From: Macrostomum lignano
Taxonomy: Eukaryota
Direction: 5' to 3'
Length of the DNA: 64,000 bases
Assembly: GCA_002269645.1 (NCBI GenBank)
Contig: NIVC01003123.1
Location: 13,024 to 77,023 of the forward strand
Both the position numbers and the translations under genes were made by a program. Below the pieces are notes generated by a model. It had not been told where the DNA came from and did not search any database. It saw only the letters and a program-made list of their open reading frames with translations. Below, in pieces: positions 57,649 through 64,000 of this stretch. Within the stretch, counting starts at the first letter, position 1. Every line of letters begins with the position of its first letter.

Positions 57649-60600
57649 ATGACAGCTACTTCAACGTGGGACAACAGACTTTGGGTATGCTGACAAACAT
57701 CCAGGCTGTTTAGACTTAGTTTACAAAGTTAACCTTTCTAATTGGCATTTTTTACATTAAAAGTGGAGTTATGTTTTGCACTTCGCTACTTAATAACTAT
57801 GATACTTTAAACATCTCTTCAAATTTGAGTGTTCTTTTAATAAGTTAAAAATTTAAACATCAAATTTTACATTGCAATGATAATACAATATAAATAAAAT
57901 GATGAGATTGATAAATAAATGGATAAAAATTAAGGATATAGGCTTATGAAATGAATAACACATCCTTGTATAAACTTTTTAATAATATCTTGTATACTTT
58001 AATAAATGATTATAGCTTGTAGTCAAAGTTATTTATATCTATTGTTTATAGTAATTTCACTTTTGTATTTAATTTAATAAAATGGATTTTTAAAACTTTT
58101 GTATTGGGAAAGTTGAAAACTTAGTGCTGGTTTTTTTCTTGCTAAAGTTAATTTGAATTGCTAAATGTATTATTACAATAATAAATCATTTGTTTCATAA
58201 TTCTAAGCTTAAATTCTTGCTAAAAAGGCTATCTGACTAAACTAATAAATTTATTATTATTTTTAAATTATTATTTTTAAATTTTAAGTTATAAAGAATT
58301 CTTTGGGAGTACAAGTTTGCTAGTGAGAAATTTGCTAGCCAAAACTTGCTAGCTAAGGTTTGCTAGCCGAGATCTGCTAGCCAAAGTTTGCTAGCCAAAG
58401 CTTGCTAGCACAAATTTTGCCAGCAAAGATTTTGCTAGCCGAGATTTGCTAGCAAGAATTTTGCTGGCCAAAAGTTGCTAGCAGGAATTTTGCTTGTGAG
58501 GATTTAGCTAGCCAAAATCTGCTAGCAAGAATCCAACCAAAACTGGCAAGCAGCAATTTGGCTAGCTGAACTCAGGAAGTTGTAATTAGCTAGAGACAAT
58601 TTGCTTATCCAGTTTCGCAAGAATTTCACTAAATCCTCTATAGCGTCGCTCCAATTTTACCTTTACAAATCCTCTTCAAATTGGACACGATCCAATTTTC
58701 AACTATTTTGACACAATTGTGTATAAAGTTTTGAGTCTCGAAGTTAATTCTGAATCGCACTGTGTACTTTTAAAGTTAGTCTGCTTTTTGTCAGCAAGAC
58801 AGCCACCCAAACCTCCGCCTCTCTCTCCTTCCTGACCACTGGATGGATGTGTGAAAGGGATTTAAAATTAACTAATTTTCAGCTGCCATAAGTTTGCTCC
58901 ACATACAGCAATTGACTTCAAACTTGATACAATTCTTCATTTACTCATTCTCTGTCTAAATATAAAGTCTCAACTTTGTACCTCAGAACAGAAACTGTAG
59001 GCATGTGAAGTTTGTCTGCTTTTTCTGTTGTTTGTGCTACTCACTCACTCTTTCCCCTAGACCAAGGATCAAGTGATAGGGCTCAATGTACATAGCAAAT
59101 GTACAGTGTTTTTAGAATAAATATTTATAGCCTTCTTTGCTAACATTTTGCCATGATAGTTCAGTAATGAATTCAACTACTGTCCTACTATGAGCTATCT
59201 GATTGCAACTTGAGAGTATTCTGTCCCCCACAATGACAAACTGACTTTCCAAGCACTTGTAAAGTTATAAAATATTTGGGATTTTTACCCACTTTTTTAG
59301 CTAAAACAATGCATTGCTATTGCCAGAAAACAAGCAATCTTTTGATACCAGTTGCAAGAAGTTTGGTCAGCAAATTCCTGCTAGCAGATTTCAGCTAGCA
59401 AATTTTGGCTAGCAAACTTCGGCTAGCAAACCTTGGCTATCAGGTTTCAGCTAGCAAATTTTGGCTAGCAGATTTCGGCTAGCAAACTTTGGCTAGCAGA
59501 TTTTGGCAAGCAAATTTCTTGCTAGCAAACTTCCTCTAGCAGATTTCCTGCAAGCAGATTTCATAGACCCGAATTCTTCAAGTTTAGGCTGGTAAAATAG
59601 TTAAATTTTTGGTAGGATCATAATTTTGTATTTTAAGGTTTTTTGATAATGCTAATTTCAAATTTAAGCTATATTTTATATCACATCAACATAACTATAT
59701 TTAGCTTAAAGCAAAACAATTGGTGCATGGGGAATAGAGGCATGAAAACATATTCAATATTAGGTTGATTGATTCTAGCCCATAGTGCGGAAGGACGGGT
59801 ATATGATGGAAATTTCTGTTGTACACAAGGATCACCTGTCATACATATCGTACATCACTCTTTTTTGGGAGTGCTATATCATACACTATTGTATAGTCAT
59901 ACACAAGTCATACGTCACAAAGTATTTTTTTTTGTTAACCGTAGTTTGTAAGTCATTTCCATATTTAAAACTCATTCACCTTGGCACTGTTGCCAATGAA
60001 AGAAAAATCAAAAACAAAATTCATGTATAAGAAAACTTTTATATTTGTTTTGTTTTTCTAACTGATGTGCATTGTGTGCAGTCAGTAAATAACAACATAA
60101 TTGTTGTTTTACTTTGCACTTTCTAGAAAATCAGAATATATTTATATTTATGTTTGCATTTATTCTTTTTGTACCCCATTGTACACCAGTAGTACCATTT
60201 TTCAACCCCTGTTGTACTTGTTCTGTTGTTGAATTAACGAACGCAAAAACAAGATAGATAATTATCCGGGTGCTCAGTGGCACCAAAGAGGGGCTGGCCA
60301 ATAGGAGGGCGGCTCGTATATTTATGCATGCGGGGAAGGAAATTTCTAGAAAGACCGGGGGAGGAAACTTCTGGAACAATGCGTAAACAAGTCCTGCTGT
60401 GGAAGTTTCTAGAAACCCTGTCCCCGAACTATCCCTACGCATTGCATGCCTTTGCAATACACAACAGTACTGTCATACAACAAGCCAAAATTTTAATTTA
60501 CATTCGGTCATACATGAACATCCTTCCACACTATGGATTCTAGCCTATACTATTTATAAAAAGCTTGAATTAAAAACCAACATATATAAAACCTAAAATT

Positions 60601-63467
60601 ATTACTTATTATCTAATCTTTAAAACATCTTTATAACACTTAGCTCATCTTTTTATTTTTATAAATTGTTTTTTTTAAATATATTTTTCTTAGAACTGTT
60701 TTGTATCAAATTCCACTTAGAAAGTAAGATATAAAAAGCAGACATTGCTATGGCTTGACAATGTAGAAAGAAAAAATGTCTTGAGTATTTAATTGAATAA
60801 AAAGGATTTGCTATGTGATTTCTTTTTTGAGATTTTTACATTTTGACTAAAAATGATGACAACAACTAAGTTTATTGACCTTTTTCATTGTTTTAGGACA
60901 CATACAATCCACAGTTATACAACTTCACTAAGTACAACATTGACTTTTTGAAGCATTGCTCTGACTTTCTTGAGAGGCGCTGCAAAATTGAAGAGAAATA
61001 TGCAAAGGAAATTAAGTGAGTCTATAATAATTAGCACCTAATTACAGTGCAAGGGCCTGTTAGTAATGTTTATTAAAATACCTTTTCATTACCACAGAAA
61101 GCTATGCAAGGAGTTCAAGCCTAAAGACTTCGACAAGAGGGAGAAGTTCAAGTGAGTGCCTTAATATCAATTATGATGGTCTTGGCATAATTTGCTTTTT
61201 AAGTATTTTTAAATTGATTGCAATGTTATTTTAGTTTGACTTTTGTCGTGCTCAGAAACTGAGTCTAAGTCTGTAGTACAGGCGATGACCATTTTGGATT
61301 TGTATCTCATTGCATAACTATAGTATAGATACTGATCTACTTGTTTCGGGCGCAAGGCTCAGATAGAAAGATACCATGGTGAGAGACCCTAATTTGCATT
61401 CAGCCTCGTGTACACAGGAAGTGGCCATCTTTAATGTGCCAGAAGTATTGGCTTATGTGCCGTACAGATGCTAACTAAATATTTAAAGCTTACTCGGTCT
61501 GCGATCCCACGCGACTTGAACTGAATTCAAATTCACACTTTATGCAGAGAACTTCCTGATGAGTTAGAACAGCTGGCAGATTTAGCATACAGCATGTTGC
61601 GATTGTATGCGGATTTATTGCTTTTTTAAGATTTGCATATATTTTTGTGTATCTATATATTATGTTTTTTGTCCTAATGCAAACAGTCTCTTGTATGACT
61701 GTCCCTATTTAAAACCGCCCAGGACAGCCCCTTCCCTAAAAAATCGACCTGAACAGCCCTTCCCCCTCAAGAATCGCCCTGGACTGCCCTTCCCCCTCAA
61801 GAATCGCCCTGGACTGCCCTTCCCCTCAAGAATCGCCCTGGACTGCCCTTCCCCTCAAGAATCGCCCTGGACTGCCCTTCCCCCTCAAGAATCGCCCTGC
61901 ACAGCCCTTCCCCCTCAAGAATCGCCCTGGACTGCCCTTCCCCTCAAGAATCGCCCTGGACTGCCCTTCCCCTCAAGAATCGCCCTGGACTGCCCTTCCC
62001 CTCAAGAATCGCCCTGGACTGCCCTTCCCCTCAAGAATCGCCCTGGACTGCCCTTCCCCCTCAAGAATCGCCCTGGACTGCCCTTCCCCCTCAAGAATCG
62101 CCCTGGACTGCCCTTCCCCCTCAAGAATCGCCCTGGACTGCCCCTGCCCCTCAAGAATCGCCCTGGACAGCCCTTCCTGCTCAAGAATCGCCCTGGACAG
62201 CCCTTCCTGCTCAAGAATCGCCCTGGACAGCCCGAAAATCGCGTCAAACAGCCCCATTGTCTGAAGCGATGCAAGGCAGGCAAATACTTCGCCCGCGTCA
62301 CGCAGATTCACCGCGCAAACGGCATTCGAAGACTCGCTTAGCGAGCTCACCGCTTTAGCCAATCAGCACGAGAATCTGCGCGACGATCTGCTGCGCTCGT
62401 CTCGCGAACTGCGCGACTGGCTTCGCGAAATGAACAAACAGGAGCAGCTGGTAGAACGGCGCTTAGCCGCCAGCTCTAAGGATGTCGAACGGAGCCGGGC
62501 CCAGCTGGAGCAGGCGCGAGCTCAGTACCACAAGGCGCACAGCGACATGCGTCGGGCCTGGGAAGAATACGCTGCCGCCAAGGAGAGCCGCGATGTGACC
62601 CGCGCTGAGGAGGAGCGCCTGCAGCTGGCCTACCGGGCCAAGGCTGACCTGTGCGAGGACCGGCGCAACGGCTACGCCAAGGAAATCACCGAGTTCAATA
62701 CTGTGCAGGTGAGGCCCGTCTGCCCGGGGGGGGGGGATGACCGGCCAGTCTACCTGGGGGGGGGACCGGCCAGTCTACCTGGTTGGGGGAAGGACCGGCC
62801 AGTCTACCTGGTTGGGGGGGGACCGGCCAGTCTACCTGGTTGGGGGGGGGGACCGGCCAGTCTACCTGGTTGGGGGGGTTGGGGGAGGGGGCGATTACCG
62901 GCCATTCTGCCCGGCTGGGGGGGTTGGGGGAGGGGGCGATGACCGGCCAGTCTGCCCGGCTGGGGGGGGCGATGACCGGCCAGTCTGCCCGGCTTGTTTA
63001 ATAGAACCAGATCAACAGAATGGAGGTGAATAGTGAGCGGACTCGAACCCCCGTCTCTCCACACGCTTTAAGGCGGACTTCATCCAGCGAGGCCTGCCTG
63101 AGCAGCTGTCCGGCCTCGAGCAGCTTCACCGCAGTTTCTGCGACGCCTGCAGCCGCGAGTTCGGCGCCTGGGCGCAGGCGCAGCTGGACCGGCTGGCCGT
63201 GCAGGCGAGCTGCGCAAGAGTCTGCAGCAGCGGGCGCTGACCGTGTCAGCCGATGGCGACGTTGCTGAATTTCTTCGTGTTACAGCGTCGGGGAATCCGC
63301 TGCCAGGCGACGCTCCGTTTGAGGATCTGTCAGCCTCGGCTGCCGACGGCTCGCCGGCGGCTTCCGCATTGTCGGCGGACGGGGACTCGGTGTCGCTGCA
63401 GCACGCCACTCCGCCGCGGAGTCACAGGGCAGCCAGGCTGTTCAGCACGCTGCGGTCAAGCAAAGCG
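57649..63467 (+). CDS. Cip4: CIP4/Toca-1/FBP17 family F-BAR protein, 5' part; exons 57649-57684, 60897-61015, 61098-61151, 62306-62708, 63073-63467; continues past the window
   Basis: MTATSTWDNRLW|DTYN matches the family's MSWGTELW|DQ first-exon pattern. ERRCKIEEKYAKEIKKLCKEFKPK, ELTALANQHE and SGNPLPGDAPFEDLS match F-BAR motifs. Splice phases are consistent except a -1 frameshift near 63217. Confidence 0.88.
58294..59578. mobile_element. Second foldback-like element in Cip4 intron 1: GCTAGC-cored repeat arms in inverted orientation
   Basis: Arm 58315-58560 (TTTGCTAGCCAAA...) versus arm 59370-59560 (TTTGGCTAGCAAA...); outer AAGAATTC at 58294 and GAATTCTT at 59571. Confidence 0.6.
61715..62235. 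repeat. 29-30-bp minisatellite (CCCTCAAGAATCGCCCTGGACTGCCCTTCC)
   Basis: Direct reading. Confidence 0.95.
62715..62995. repeat. G-run-rich degenerate repeat (GACCGGCCAGTCTACCTGGTTGGGGGG) in a Cip4 intron
   Basis: Direct reading. Confidence 0.85.
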
Positions 63468-63577
63468 GTGGGTTAAAAATTTTTATTTCATATTAATGTT
63501 CTGAGTAGCATACTACTTACCGATTATTCCTTTCGGTAGTAGTATCAAAGGTTTTTTGTATCGCCTTTTTTGCTCGC

Positions 63578-63972
63578 CTCAAACAAGAATCAAGTCGCCA
63601 GCCCTCCGAACCGTCGAGATATTCGACGATTCTGCCAGAAGGTCGGATTTTTCCCATAAGCGCCAGTGTATTCAGTACAACCCCTGTGCGCCAATCAGCA
63701 CTGCGCCTCAGTGCGGCCTTGCCAAGTCTCCAAATTTCATCAGCACGTCGACCACATGTGTCTGCATCAGCTCTGACTTCGTTGGTCACTGGCCTTCACC
63801 CAGGCGGAGCTTCTGAACCTTCAACAGGTGGCACCAGGAGACTATTGACACTCTGATTCGAATTTCTCTAGTTTCGCTGATCAAGCCTCAACTGCTGGAC
63901 ATCCTCAGCTGGTCTCTCAGGCATTCCGTCATCACCCCAACGCCCCCCCCCCCCAGTAGCTCTACTGTTAAT
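63578..63972. repeat. Dispersed repeat of unknown class, copy 2 (copy 1 at ~1355-1925)
   Basis: See copy 1; this copy lacks about 190 bp present in copy 1. Confidence 0.8.
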
Positions 63973-64000
63973 TGGCTTCATTTCTTATCTGTGTTTCTTC

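Noticed and set aside
63238-63240. Selenocysteine or stop-codon readthrough at the Cip4 TGA
   Set aside because: Homology continues in a different frame, so readthrough would not rescue it; a 1-nt indel explains it.

Overview
Eukaryotic (animal) genomic DNA: GC-rich spliced genes whose introns are packed with micro- and minisatellites. The overall style recalls a free-living flatworm such as Macrostomum, but that is an impression only. Manual splice reconstruction supports five genes. (1) The last exon of an atypical class A GPCR (208-1052, +). (2) A stomatin/MEC-2 family gene (+) with a 6-exon core at 29512-38574, preceded over about 26 kb by a series of candidate ATG-bearing or cassette exons that all end in phase-1 donors matching the core's phase-1 acceptor. 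(3) A complete 10-exon M14A carboxypeptidase with carboxypeptidase-B-type Asp255 (53009-44749, -). (4) An intronless 4-TM protein, possibly TMEM179-like (55780-56604, +). (5) The 5' part of a CIP4/Toca-1/FBP17 F-BAR gene (57649 to beyond the window end, +), with an apparent 1-nt frameshift. Mobile DNA: a young RTE-type LINE with a 5' inversion (twin-priming signature), two tRNA-derived SINE families (one with a MIR-like CORE), a long-TIR MITE nested in a SINE, a hAT MITE with an exact 8-bp TSD, a Penelope-like fragment with a minimal hammerhead ribozyme motif, and two foldback structures built from inverted satellite arms. Most long ORFs in the supplied track are tandem-repeat artefacts.
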